From Gemmatimonadota bacterium (GTDB lineage Bacteria; Gemmatimonadota; Gemmatimonadetes; Gemmatimonadales; GWC2-71-9), in assembly GCA_039588295.1 (NCBI GenBank), contig JBDHAB010000015.1, positions 31,316 to 95,315 of the forward strand: 64,000 nt of DNA. The letters run 5' to 3'. Shown in pieces: positions 9,832 to 19,346 of this stretch (its first letter is position 1; every line of letters starts with the position of its first letter). Under the pieces are notes generated by a model, which saw only the letters and a program-made list of their open reading frames with translations, did not search any database and was not told the origin of the DNA. A program made the translations under genes and the position numbers.

Positions 9832-11343
9832 CTAGGAGGGGCGGCGAGGCGGCACCATGTCGGCCATGAGCCGGTCCGTGTCCTCGGGCGGCCGAGTGAG
9901 CCAACTCACCAATACCGTCATGAAGAGCGACGCAGCGAACGCGGGGATCAGCTCGTACACCAGTCGTTCCAGCACGGGCACGTTCTCCCACACGAACGTC
10001 ACGATGGTTCCCGTCACGAGGCCGGTGATGACTCCGGCTCGGGTGGTCCGGCGCCAGTAGAGCGCCAGGATCGAGGTCGGGCCGATGGCGGCGCCCACGC
10101 CGGCCCAGGCGAACAGCACGAGCCAGAACACCAGTTGTTCGGCCAGCACGCCGAAGACGAGCGCGGCCGCCACAAGCACCGCCACCATGATGCGGCTCAG
10201 CAGCACGAGACGTTGCTGCGGCACCATCTCGCCGCGGTGCAGGATCTTCTCGTAGAGATCGCGCACCACGCTGGACGCGGCCACCAGCAGCTGGGAGTCG
10301 GCGGTGGACATGATCGCGGCAAAGATGGACGCCACCACCACGCCGAAGAACACCGGGTGCAGATGCTGCGCCGCGAGGATCGGATAGAGCTGCTCGGTGT
10401 CGCCGTCCGGCAGCAGGGCGGCGTCGGGGAAGTACACGCGGCCTGCGAGCCCGATGAACAGGGCGCCCCATGCCATCACCACGTTCCAGATCGTTCCCAC
10501 CACCGCCGAGTAACGGAGCTGATCGGGATCGGCGATCGACATGTAACGCACGATGATGTGCGGGTTGCCGGGCGAGCCCAGCCCAATCCCCAGGAATCCG
10601 ATCGCGGCGCCGAACGACAGCGCGGCCGGATCGATCGAAGTCGGGTCCAGTGTCTGCAGCTCGACCAACACCTGAGCGAGCCCGCCGCGATCGATAATCG
10701 CGATGAGCGGGACCACGACCAAGGCCACGATCATGATGCAGGCCTGGATCATGTCGGTGCGGCTCACGGCGAGGAACCCGCCCAGTACCGTATAGAGCAG
10801 CACGATTGCCGCGGTGATGAGGACGCCGGTGGTGGGGTCGACCCCGAAGCTTCCGGCGAACGCCTTGCCGCCGCCCACGAACTGGGCGGACACGTAGCCC
10901 ACCATGAAGATCAGGATGATCACGATGAGCACGGAGCGGAGGAGGCCGCTCTTGTCGCCGAATCGTGCGGCAAAGAAATCGGGCAGGGTCACGCAGTCGT
11001 GGGCTTCGGCGAAGTGGCGAATGCGCCGTGCATAGAACAGGAAGAGGAACATCTCGGCCGTGATGTAGCCCGTCACGGCCCACACTGCGGCGGCGCCCAT
11101 CGTGTACGCCATGCCCGTGACGCCCAGGAGGAGCCACGCGCTCCGGCCGGACACCACGGCGGAGAGTGCCACCACGAAGCGGTGCATCTTGCGCCCACCT
11201 ATGAAGAACTCGCTCACCCCGCCGGATGAGAAGCGTGCTGAGGCGATGCCGATCCCGATCACCACTACCAGGTAGGCGACGAAGCTCGCAACCGCGTACG
11301 GGTTTGCCGTTACCTGGACCGCGGTGGTGGCGCCCTCCTGCAT
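9832..11343 (-). CDS. putP: Sodium:solute symporter, PutP (Na+/proline)-like
   Basis: FFIGGR, ALSAVVSGRSAWLLLG, GGFLAVSRTDMIQ, GLGSPGNPHIIVRYM, AAIMSTADSQLLVAAS. Confidence 0.85.
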   Translation of the reverse strand: MQEGATTAVQVTANPYAVASFVAYLVVVIGIGIASARFSSGGVSEFFIGGRKMHRFVVALSAVVSGRSAWLLLGVTGMAYTMGAAAVWAVTGYITAEMFLFLFYARRIRHFAEAHDCVTLPDFFAARFGDKSGLLRSVLIVIILIFMVGYVSAQFVGGGKAFAGSFGVDPTTGVLITAAIVLLYTVLGGFLAVSRTDMIQACIMIVALVVVPLIAIIDRGGLAQVLVELQTLDPTSIDPAALSFGAAIGFLGIGLGSPGNPHIIVRYMSIADPDQLRYSAVVGTIWNVVMAWGALFIGLAGRVYFPDAALLPDGDTEQLYPILAAQHLHPVFFGVVVASIFAAIMSTADSQLLVAASSVVRDLYEKILHRGEMVPQQRLVLLSRIMVAVLVAAALVFGVLAEQLVFWLVLFAWAGVGAAIGPTSILALYWRRTTRAGVITGLVTGTIVTFVWENVPVLERLVYELIPAFAASLFMTVLVSWLTRPPEDTDRLMADMVPPRRPS

Positions 11344-11438
11344 CAGCGCCGTCTGTCTCTCGTAATTCGCGCCAGCACCATCGCAACTGCGATGATCGCG
11401 GCGGGCAGGGCGAGCATGGTGAGGTAGAAAGAGGTCAT
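11343..11438 (-). CDS. 31-aa single-TM small protein translationally coupled to putP (not in the ORF track)
   Basis: MTSFYLTMLALPAAIIAVAMVLARITRDRRR*. Its TGA overlaps the putP ATG (TGATG); hydrophobic core with a basic tail. Confidence 0.6.
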   Translation of the reverse strand: MTSFYLTMLALPAAIIAVAMVLARITRDRRR

Positions 11439-11686
11439 GGGGTCAGGTGCTCTCGGTTTTCAATCCCGACACTCGGCGCCGGAATGTGATGTGTTGCGAT
11501 ACTCGGCGCCAGGCTTCTACCAGGTGTCAGAGTTCTCACCAGTGATCGTTGAGCGTACTCGGCCGCGAATGCAAAGATGCAATTGATGATCGATTGTGTC
11601 GTTGTTCCCCCCACTTTGGCCTAGCGGTGATGCGCGTCGCGCCGTAACGTAGACCGCCACCTTTTCCCTCGAGGGGGGGTGGCGCG

Positions 11687-14431
11687 ATGGATCTTCTGGA
11701 GCGGCTCAGCACGCTCCTCAAAGAACGCTATGAGGTCGAGCGTGAGCTCGGGCATGGAGGGATGGCTGTTGTCTTCCTCGCTCGGGACATCCGCTATAAC
11801 CGCCAGGTTGCGATCAAGATTCTTCGTCCCGAGCTGGCTGCGTCGGTCGGCTCCGAGCGATTCCTGCGGGAAATCCAGATCGCAGCTCAGCTCCAACATC
11901 CCCACATTCTCCCGCTGTTCGACTCCGGTGAAGCGAACGGACTGTTGTACTACGTCATGCCATATGTGGAGGGTGAGTCGCTGCGGAACCGGCTCGGTCG
12001 CGAGAAGCAGCTTTCCGTCGATGAGGCCCTCGGGATCGCGAAGAACGTGGCTGACGCGCTGTCGTATGCCAACAGCCGCGGGGTCATCCACCGGGACATC
12101 AAGCCGGAGAACATCCTGCTATCTGGCGACAACGCGGTGGTCGCTGACTTCGGGATCGCGCACGCGTTCAGCGAGGCGGGCGGTGAGTCGCTGACCGAGT
12201 CCGGTGTGGCCGTCGGCACCCCGGCCTATATGAGTCCGGAGCAGGCCGGAGGCGAAGCGGACCTCGATGCCCGCAGCGATGTGTACGCACTCGGTTGCGT
12301 GCTCTATGAGATGCTCTCGGGAGAGCCGCCATTCACTGGCCGCACTGCCCAGGCAATTCTCGCTCGCCATCTGCAGGAGCGCGTGCCTTCGCTGGAGGTT
12401 ATACGGCCTACTCTACCCTTCTCGGTCGTCGATCTAGTCGAGCGAGCGCTGGCGAAGGTACCGGCCGATCGGTTCCGGACTGCGCAGCAGGTCGTGGAGG
12501 CGATTCGGGTGTGCGAGACTGGGACGGTTCCTCGGCGCAGGTTCCGGCGGACCCGACGAGGCATGGTTTGGGCGGCCGTAGCGGCTGGGTTCGCCGTTGT
12601 CGCCGCGGCGTGGTACCTCGGCGGTCTAGGCGAAGCGACCGGCAACCCAGATTACATCGTCGCGTTCCCGCTCACGGTGACTGGTGAGCAGTCTGTGGTG
12701 AGCGCGGACATGGGCGGAGATGTGGCCATTTATATCGTCGGGCTGCTCGATGGGTGGGGAGCGCTTACGTGGATCAACGGGTCAGACTTGGTGGAAGGAC
12801 CGCCCCAGGGCGGCGAGGGTGACTTATCTGTGCGAGGCATGCGGTCCATCGCCCGCGAAGCTGGTGCAGGCTACTTCGTCACGGGCCGGCTGATGCTTGT
12901 GGGCGAACGCACGACGCTACTACTCGCTCTCTACGATGTCGAGCAGCAACAGCCCGTTCAACGATCCGACACCGCAGGTCCACGTGTAGCGTACCTCGAC
13001 CTCGGCCTTGGTGCCGTGGCCCCACTGCTGCTTTCTCTGCTTCCTGCCGAGCAGTCGGTGGATGTTGAGGCCATTGCAGGAAGGAGCGCAGAGGCAGTGC
13101 AGGCCTTCGTGCAGGGGGAGCGGACCTACGGCCAGGGGCGATTCCGCGAGGCCTGGGAGCACTATGACACGGCCCTCGCTGAGAACCCGCAGTTTGCGCT
13201 CGCGGCCTACAAGGCTGCCAAGGCGGCGGTCTGGCTCGACAGTCTCGGCCAAGGGCGGCGCTTCGTTGAGATCGCCGTAGCACACCTTGGCAACCTCCCG
13301 CCCCGCGACCAGGACTTGGCCCGGGGGCTCCACTGGTTCATCGAAGGCGATGCCGATTCAGCGCTCGCGTACTTGAAACGTGCCCGGGATTTGGACGCGT
13401 TCAGGCCCGACGTCTGGATGGCGATAGGGCAAGTCTACCGGCATCTGATCCCGATGGAGCCGAGCCAGGACTCCTTGGCACTGGATGCGCTCGAGACGGC
13501 TCACGGAGTGAGTGCGGCGTTCACGCCCCCCATCGTGGACCTCGCCAAGCATTACGCCAGGGTGGGACGTGTGGCGCAGGCGCGGGATCTCGTAGAGGAG
13601 CTGCGCACGAAGGGGGCTGACACGAGCGATCTCCGCTCGATCGATCTGATGCTACGGTGTGCCACCGATTTGCCGGCGGCGATCGACTGGGACGCCGAGG
13701 TCCGAGCCGGGATGGACCTCGTGTTTCACGGGTCTCGCTGGTTCGCTATCGGCGCCTCAAACCCGGCGTGTGCCATTGCCGGCTGGGAGGCCGTGGTACG
13801 CGACACGACCGCGCCGGCCGAGTGGCGATTCTCGGGGGCGATAGGGCTGTCGAGCCTGCTTGCCGGCCTCGGGCGCACCACGGAACTGGTGGAGTTCCTG
13901 GACACCCGCGCACCGTATCCACAAAACCGGTGGCTGTACATAACGGTAGCACTAGCGGGCCTCGACGTCGGGGACCGGGCCGAGCTGGTTGCAGCCTCGC
14001 TGCGGGGTGACCCGTGGGAGGATCAGATTGCACTTCGCCTGTGGTTCCTGGGGCTGTGGGATGCCTCGTCGGGACGGGTCGAGGAGCTTCGTGCCATCGT
14101 CGACGCGCTCGCCGCACGGCTTCACGGGGAGGAAGCCACCCGGCGGGACTCGGTAGTCCACCGATCCCTCATCGCACACCTCGCGCTTGCAGAGGGCGAT
14201 ACGGCGAAGGCAACTCAGTTGCTCGAGCGCCTGCGCCCCTCGGCTCCCCGTCCCTCACTCACGTGGTCTCCGTGGGAATCCCTGGGCTATGAGTGGCTCA
14301 CACTTGCCCGGCTGCTTGAAGCGCAGGGTGACTCGGCAGGCGCCGCGCGCGTGGCCGCCATCGCAGAAGCACCCGGGTCGGCGGCCAACGTGATGTTCCG
14401 CAGGCCACTCAGAGCGCTTCAGGGGCGGTAA
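11687..14431 (+). CDS. Hanks-type Ser/Thr kinase with TM helix and extracytoplasmic TPR-like region (paralog 1)
   Basis: LGHGGMAVV, VAIK, HRDIKPEN, ADFG, GTPAYMSPEQ; TM helix MVWAAVAAGFAVVAAAWYL; helical TPR-like C-terminal region. Confidence 0.93.
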   Translation: MDLLERLSTLLKERYEVERELGHGGMAVVFLARDIRYNRQVAIKILRPELAASVGSERFLREIQIAAQLQHPHILPLFDSGEANGLLYYVMPYVEGESLRNRLGREKQLSVDEALGIAKNVADALSYANSRGVIHRDIKPENILLSGDNAVVADFGIAHAFSEAGGESLTESGVAVGTPAYMSPEQAGGEADLDARSDVYALGCVLYEMLSGEPPFTGRTAQAILARHLQERVPSLEVIRPTLPFSVVDLVERALAKVPADRFRTAQQVVEAIRVCETGTVPRRRFRRTRRGMVWAAVAAGFAVVAAAWYLGGLGEATGNPDYIVAFPLTVTGEQSVVSADMGGDVAIYIVGLLDGWGALTWINGSDLVEGPPQGGEGDLSVRGMRSIAREAGAGYFVTGRLMLVGERTTLLLALYDVEQQQPVQRSDTAGPRVAYLDLGLGAVAPLLLSLLPAEQSVDVEAIAGRSAEAVQAFVQGERTYGQGRFREAWEHYDTALAENPQFALAAYKAAKAAVWLDSLGQGRRFVEIAVAHLGNLPPRDQDLARGLHWFIEGDADSALAYLKRARDLDAFRPDVWMAIGQVYRHLIPMEPSQDSLALDALETAHGVSAAFTPPIVDLAKHYARVGRVAQARDLVEELRTKGADTSDLRSIDLMLRCATDLPAAIDWDAEVRAGMDLVFHGSRWFAIGASNPACAIAGWEAVVRDTTAPAEWRFSGAIGLSSLLAGLGRTTELVEFLDTRAPYPQNRWLYITVALAGLDVGDRAELVAASLRGDPWEDQIALRLWFLGLWDASSGRVEELRAIVDALAARLHGEEATRRDSVVHRSLIAHLALAEGDTAKATQLLERLRPSAPRPSLTWSPWESLGYEWLTLARLLEAQGDSAGAARVAAIAEAPGSAANVMFRRPLRALQGR

Positions 14432-14560
14432 GGGGACAAACCGCAGTGAGCATCACGAGCAAAGCACGAATGGAGTGACAGCGAAGCTCAAGACGGGCTC
14501 GGGAGGTGGGGTAGGCGAGTGGCTCGTTGAGACAGTGGTCGTCAATACAGGGAGGCGGAG

Positions 14561-14773
14561 ATGCCGAAGAAGCTGAAATCAAAGAAGGAGTATGAGTACG
14601 AGCCGCATGTTCCAGGAAAGCCGTTCGGGCCGACGGAGGATCTCGAGCACTGGTCCGTGCTGATGCACGAGTGGGCGAACCAGGTGAACGATGCAGTGCA
14701 CAAACTCGAGAAGCACTGCAAGATAGAAAAGAACCCCGACGACCCGCCGGAGCCGCCGTGGGGTTTTGGATAG
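14561..14773 (+). CDS. 70-aa hypothetical protein between the two receptor kinases
   Basis: Strong SD (GGGAGG) before ATG; lies in an intergenic gap; ends PDDPPEPPWGFG. Confidence 0.7.
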   Translation: MPKKLKSKKEYEYEPHVPGKPFGPTEDLEHWSVLMHEWANQVNDAVHKLEKHCKIEKNPDDPPEPPWGFG

Positions 14774-14905
14774 GGGCAAATAGGCCGGCGCCGCTGGATG
14801 CGGTAGACCCGATTACCGGCGCGACGCGATTCGCGAGGTCAGGCCTCTAGCCAAGCCCTTCCCCGGGTGGCAAGTTAGACCGCCGCTTACCTCCCGGGGC
14901 TCCGG

Positions 14906-17728
14906 ATGGATCTTCTGGATCGCCTTTCCGCCGTCCTCTCGGGGCGCTATCAGGTCGAGCGTGAGCTCGGGCATGGGGGGATGGCCCTTGTCTTCTTGGC
15001 TCGGGACCTCAAGATCGATCGACAGGTCGCCATCAAGGTTCTGCGTCCCGAATTGACGCAATCCATCGGCGCCGAGCGCTTCGTCCGCGAAATCCAGATC
15101 GCCGCCAACTTGCAGCACCCCCACATCCTCCCGGTATTCGACTCAGGGCAGACGGACGGGCTGTTGTACTACGTGATGCCGTACGTGGAGGGCGCTACGC
15201 TACGCACCCACCTGGAACGCGAGGGACAGCTCTCGATCGAGGAATGTCTCCGCATCACTCGCGAGGTCGCGGAAGGCATCGACGAGGTACACAAGCACGA
15301 CATCGTGCATCGCGACGTGAAGCCGGAGAACATCTTCTTATCCGGTGATCACGCCGTGCTGGCGGACTTCGGAATTGCCCACGCGTATACCGAGGCCGGT
15401 GGCGCGACCTTCACCGATTCGGGAATTGCGGTCGGCACACCGCAGTACATGTCTCCCGAGCAGGTCGCCGGTGACCAGCGCATAGACGGTCGCTGTGACG
15501 TCTATCAGTTGGGGTGCGTGGTCTACGAGATGCTCACCGGCGGACCGCCGTTCGAAGGTCCGACGACTCAGGCGGTCATTCTGAAGCAACTCCAAGAGCG
15601 CGTGCCCTCGCTCGACATTGTCAGGCCCGGAATTCCCGGGGGGATGGTCAAGGCCGTTGAGAAGGCGCTGGCCAAGGTACCGGCCGACCGGTTTCGAACA
15701 GCGCTCGACTTTGCACGGGCACTGGAATCGGGAGCTGAGGTCTCTGCTGCGCCGGGCGGTAAGCGCGCGGTCCGCACCACGGCGATAGCCGGAATTGCGC
15801 TTGCGGTTGGGTTGCTTCTCGGCTGGCGTCTCCTGTATCCACCGGGGCTGCCGCTGGATCCCAACCGGGTCGTGGTCTTCCCACTTGCTGAGACTGGACT
15901 GCAACGGCTGGAGCCGGGCATTGGCGGTCTGGTCGCGGAGATGATTGGGACGGCGTTGGAGGGAGCGGAAGCGCTGCGATGGACCTACGGCGGCTCGTGG
16001 CTCCAAGGAGAGGAGCGTGGCGATCCCAGCAGAGTGTCAGTCCAATTGGCAGACTCGATCGCAGAGAGGGTTAGGGCGCGGTATCACGTGTTGGGGTCGG
16101 TCGTGGAACGCGGCGACTCGGCGCACGTGATTCTCCGGCTGCATGACGTCCGGCTGCATGACGAGGTTGACCAGCGGACGGCGCCGGGACTGGTGCACAT
16201 CGACTCCGTGGTGCGTTCCGGTTATCGGGCCACCATTGGCATCGTAGCGGACCTGCTCGAAGGAGATCGAGCAGTCGACCTCTCGGCGGTAATCGAGCGG
16301 AACCCGGCCGCAGTGACCCTTTGGATGCGGGGAGATCAAGAGTATCGGCGGTCACGATTCGCTCAAGCGCTTGAGTTCTATCGGCGCGCGTTGGAGTCCG
16401 ACTCGCTGCTCGCCATGGCGGCGCTGAAAGGCGCGTTGGCGGCGAACTGGGAGCACCGAAATGACGAAGCCGAGGACCTGCTCGCGGTGGCACTCAGGCC
16501 CACCTCCGGCCTGGCAGAAAACCACGTGCACTTTGCGCTTGGCCTGCAACACTACTTCACGGGGAACGCGGACTCGGCGATCGCTCGGTTCACGGCGGCG
16601 TTAGACCGCGATCCAGACTGGCCTGAAGCCTGGACGGCGCTTGCCGAGACCCACCGGCATCTGCTGGCCGACGGCTCGAATCCGGACTCGATCGCGGTGG
16701 CGGGCTTCCAGCGAGCTATTGAGGTCGATCCAGAGTTCACCCCGCCGTTGAAGCATCTCGTCGAGTATGCGATTTGGCGTGGAGAGATCGAACAGGCTGA
16801 ACGATTTGCGGACCGGTTTCGTGAGGTCGTGCCGGACAGCGCATTGTCGCTCGGGATCGATCTGATGGTTCGGTGTGTGCGCGACGGGCCGAGCATGATC
16901 GCTTGGGATGGGCTGGCCGCTGTGGAGCCGCTCAGGGTCTTGGAGGCGGCATTCGTCTTCGGTGTCCGCGGCACACATCCGGAGTGCGCTGAGGTGGCCT
17001 ATCGCGCGGTACTGGAGTCGGCGAGATCGAGCCGAGAGGTGCGGTTGAGTTGGGGGGCGTTGCTGGGACTGCAGAGTCTTCTTCTGGCCGTCGGCCGGGT
17101 CGACGAGGCGCGACAACTGCTCGATGCCAACGCTGCTGGGTCGTGGCTCTATCTGCTCGATGCTGCCGCGGGGTTTCCGTGTGAGGACCGTGCGTATGAC
17201 GTGGCGCGTACCCAAGTCCCGGACTACCGGATCTATGCTGTCCCCACGCTGTGGCTCTTCGGCCAGTGGGTTGCGCGTCGGGACAGCGCGGCGCTCGTGA
17301 CCGATATCGCGGCGCTGGTATCCGCGAAGGCCGAGTCCACCCAGACACGGAGAGATCGCCTGGTCGCGAAGATCATGCGTGCCTACGCGGCGCTCGCGTC
17401 GGCGGATACCACTGCTGCCGTTGGCCGGTTTCAGGACTTGAAACCGACGGGTCGCAAAGCGGACATCCTCTGGGACCCGTGGGAGTCGCTGGGAGCCGAG
17501 CGGATGGTGCTGGCGGAGTTGCTGTTCGGACAAGGCCGGTATGAAGAGGCGTATAACACGGCGGCGCTGTTGGAGCACCCGGAGCCTGTTCCCTACCTGC
17601 TGTACTTCCCGGGGAGTCTCGACCTCAGAGCGCGCGCTGCGGAGGCCATGGGGAGACGAGACGTAGCGGACCGCCATCGCCGGCAACTGGAGCAGCTGCG
17701 CTCGCCAGCGGGCAGAGGCGGTCGCTAG
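14906..17728 (+). CDS. Hanks-type Ser/Thr kinase with TM helix and extracytoplasmic TPR-like region (paralog 2)
   Basis: LGHGGMALV, VAIK, HRDVKPEN, ADFG, GTPQYMSPEQ; TM helix AIAGIALAVGLLLGW; colinear with paralog 1 over its whole length. Confidence 0.93.
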   Translation: MDLLDRLSAVLSGRYQVERELGHGGMALVFLARDLKIDRQVAIKVLRPELTQSIGAERFVREIQIAANLQHPHILPVFDSGQTDGLLYYVMPYVEGATLRTHLEREGQLSIEECLRITREVAEGIDEVHKHDIVHRDVKPENIFLSGDHAVLADFGIAHAYTEAGGATFTDSGIAVGTPQYMSPEQVAGDQRIDGRCDVYQLGCVVYEMLTGGPPFEGPTTQAVILKQLQERVPSLDIVRPGIPGGMVKAVEKALAKVPADRFRTALDFARALESGAEVSAAPGGKRAVRTTAIAGIALAVGLLLGWRLLYPPGLPLDPNRVVVFPLAETGLQRLEPGIGGLVAEMIGTALEGAEALRWTYGGSWLQGEERGDPSRVSVQLADSIAERVRARYHVLGSVVERGDSAHVILRLHDVRLHDEVDQRTAPGLVHIDSVVRSGYRATIGIVADLLEGDRAVDLSAVIERNPAAVTLWMRGDQEYRRSRFAQALEFYRRALESDSLLAMAALKGALAANWEHRNDEAEDLLAVALRPTSGLAENHVHFALGLQHYFTGNADSAIARFTAALDRDPDWPEAWTALAETHRHLLADGSNPDSIAVAGFQRAIEVDPEFTPPLKHLVEYAIWRGEIEQAERFADRFREVVPDSALSLGIDLMVRCVRDGPSMIAWDGLAAVEPLRVLEAAFVFGVRGTHPECAEVAYRAVLESARSSREVRLSWGALLGLQSLLLAVGRVDEARQLLDANAAGSWLYLLDAAAGFPCEDRAYDVARTQVPDYRIYAVPTLWLFGQWVARRDSAALVTDIAALVSAKAESTQTRRDRLVAKIMRAYAALASADTTAAVGRFQDLKPTGRKADILWDPWESLGAERMVLAELLFGQGRYEEAYNTAALLEHPEPVPYLLYFPGSLDLRARAAEAMGRRDVADRHRRQLEQLRSPAGRGGR

Positions 17729-17774
17729 GGAACTAACGGCCGGTACAGTCGATAGGGTGTTCGACGCCCCGGCA

Positions 17775-18605
17775 CTACTCAGTCAGCGCGCCCGCCAACT
17801 CCCCGCTGCTCCCCCAGCGCCTCCCCGGGTCCTTCTCCAACGCGCGTAGGATCGCGTCCTCCACATGCTGGGGAATGTCCGGGCGCACCACCCGCACGGA
17901 CGGCGGTTGTTCGGCGACGTGCCGGGCGATGACGGCCTGCGGTGTGCGGCCGGTGAAGGGCGGTTCGCCGGCCAGCATCTCGTACAACACACACGCAAGG
18001 GAGTAGACGTCGCTTCGGTGGTCGAGTTCCCTCTCGCCGGACGCCTGCTCGGGGCTCATGTAGGTCGGGGTGCCGACGATGAGTCCGCTGGTGGAGATGC
18101 GCTCACCCCCGGCTGCAACGACCGCCCGCGCGACACCGAAGTCGCAGATCATCGCCCGACCGTCGTCGAACATGACGTTCTCCGGCTTGATGTCGCGGTG
18201 GATGACCTCCTGCGCGTGCGCGTAGTCGAGTCCCGCCGCCACGTTGGTCAGGATTGCGACCGAGTCGTGCACCGAGAGCCGCTTCTCCCGCTCGAGCCGC
18301 GTCCGCAGCGAGCCGCCATGCGCGAACGGCATCACGTAGTAGACGAACGACCGCGACTCGCTCGACTCGAGGAGGGGTAACACGTTGGGGTGGTCCAGCC
18401 TGGAGAGAATCGCGATCTCTTGGTGAAACCGTTCGTGCAGAATGGTCACCGCGAACTCCGGACGCAGCACCTTGACCGCGACGTCCCGGCCGCTCGCGAG
18501 ATCCTTCCCCGCATACACCAGCGACATCCCGCCCTTTCCGAGCGAGTGGGTGATCTCGAAGCGGTCGGCCAGGGCCTGCTTGACGGTCTCGAGCTGTACG
18601 GGCAC
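17775..18605 (-). CDS. Stand-alone soluble Ser/Thr kinase domain (276 aa)
   Basis: GTG 18605 after SD GGAGG; LGKGGMS, VAVK, HRDIKPEN, CDFG, GTPTYMSPEQ; stops right after the catalytic domain. Confidence 0.88.
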   Translation of the reverse strand: MPVQLETVKQALADRFEITHSLGKGGMSLVYAGKDLASGRDVAVKVLRPEFAVTILHERFHQEIAILSRLDHPNVLPLLESSESRSFVYYVMPFAHGGSLRTRLEREKRLSVHDSVAILTNVAAGLDYAHAQEVIHRDIKPENVMFDDGRAMICDFGVARAVVAAGGERISTSGLIVGTPTYMSPEQASGERELDHRSDVYSLACVLYEMLAGEPPFTGRTPQAVIARHVAEQPPSVRVVRPDIPQHVEDAILRALEKDPGRRWGSSGELAGALTE

Positions 18606-18754
18606 GGGAGGCTGCCTCCACCGCGACGTCGCACAGCATACGGCCCGCGGGGCGCGGCCGCCAGAGTGCGGCGGCGTCCCACGATTCCCGACCACCCGAT
18701 TCGGGCATCCATCTGGAGATAGGAATGGGCGCCCAGACGGTCGGGGCTGACGGC

Positions 18755-19297
18755 CTAGCTCCCCCCTCCTCCGAACCAGCCGGTGGCATCGAAGACGTAG
18801 ACGATACTCACGTACTTGAGAGCGAGGCCTAAGAAGCTGAACGTAAAGGCACGGACCACGCCGAACCGGGTCATGCCCGCCACCAGCATCATGTTGGGGG
18901 ATGACAAGGGGAAGAGATTGAACACGAAGATGGCCCAACTGCCCCACTTCTTGACGATCTCGCGGAACCGCTCGAACCGCTTCTCACCGATAAAGTTGCG
19001 GACGACGGCGCCGGCCACGAGCCGGCCGATACTGTAGTCGATTGCCTGAGCCGCGAGAGCGGTGATCACCGCCAATACGATCAGCACCGCCCCGCCGTGA
19101 CCCTCGGCCATGTAGTACGGCAGCAGCGCCTCCACCGGCATCAAAAGGAAGAACAGGTAGCCGGCGAAGTGGACGATCCCGAAGGACGTGAGGCCGGGCT
19201 GGCGACCGGAAAACACCTCGCGGCCCAAGGTGGAAGACACGATGAAGATTGCCACCACGACCGTGAGGACTCCGAGCAAGAGCCTGCGTCTACTCAT
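18755..19297 (-). CDS. VTT / DedA (SNARE-associated) family membrane protein
   Basis: LLMPVE, AIDYSIGR, KWGSWAIFVFNLFPL...VAGMTR pattern; hydrophobic. Confidence 0.72.
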   Translation of the reverse strand: MSRRRLLLGVLTVVVAIFIVSSTLGREVFSGRQPGLTSFGIVHFAGYLFFLLMPVEALLPYYMAEGHGGAVLIVLAVITALAAQAIDYSIGRLVAGAVVRNFIGEKRFERFREIVKKWGSWAIFVFNLFPLSSPNMMLVAGMTRFGVVRAFTFSFLGLALKYVSIVYVFDATGWFGGGGS

Positions 19298-19346
19298 CGC
19301 GCCCGGGAAGCTCCGGGACGTCGCCGCTCATCCAGTGGGGTCCCGC

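Noticed and set aside
11439..11686. Glycine or other amino acid riboswitch upstream of the PutP-like gene
   Set aside because: No GGAGA...CCGAAG...CTCTCAGG pattern on the minus strand; only the direct repeat is supported.
14561..14773. 70-aa ORF as a RiPP precursor
   Set aside because: No modifying enzyme, peptidase-transporter or recognisable leader motif is adjacent; the ATP-grasp gene is 12.6 kb away in another context.
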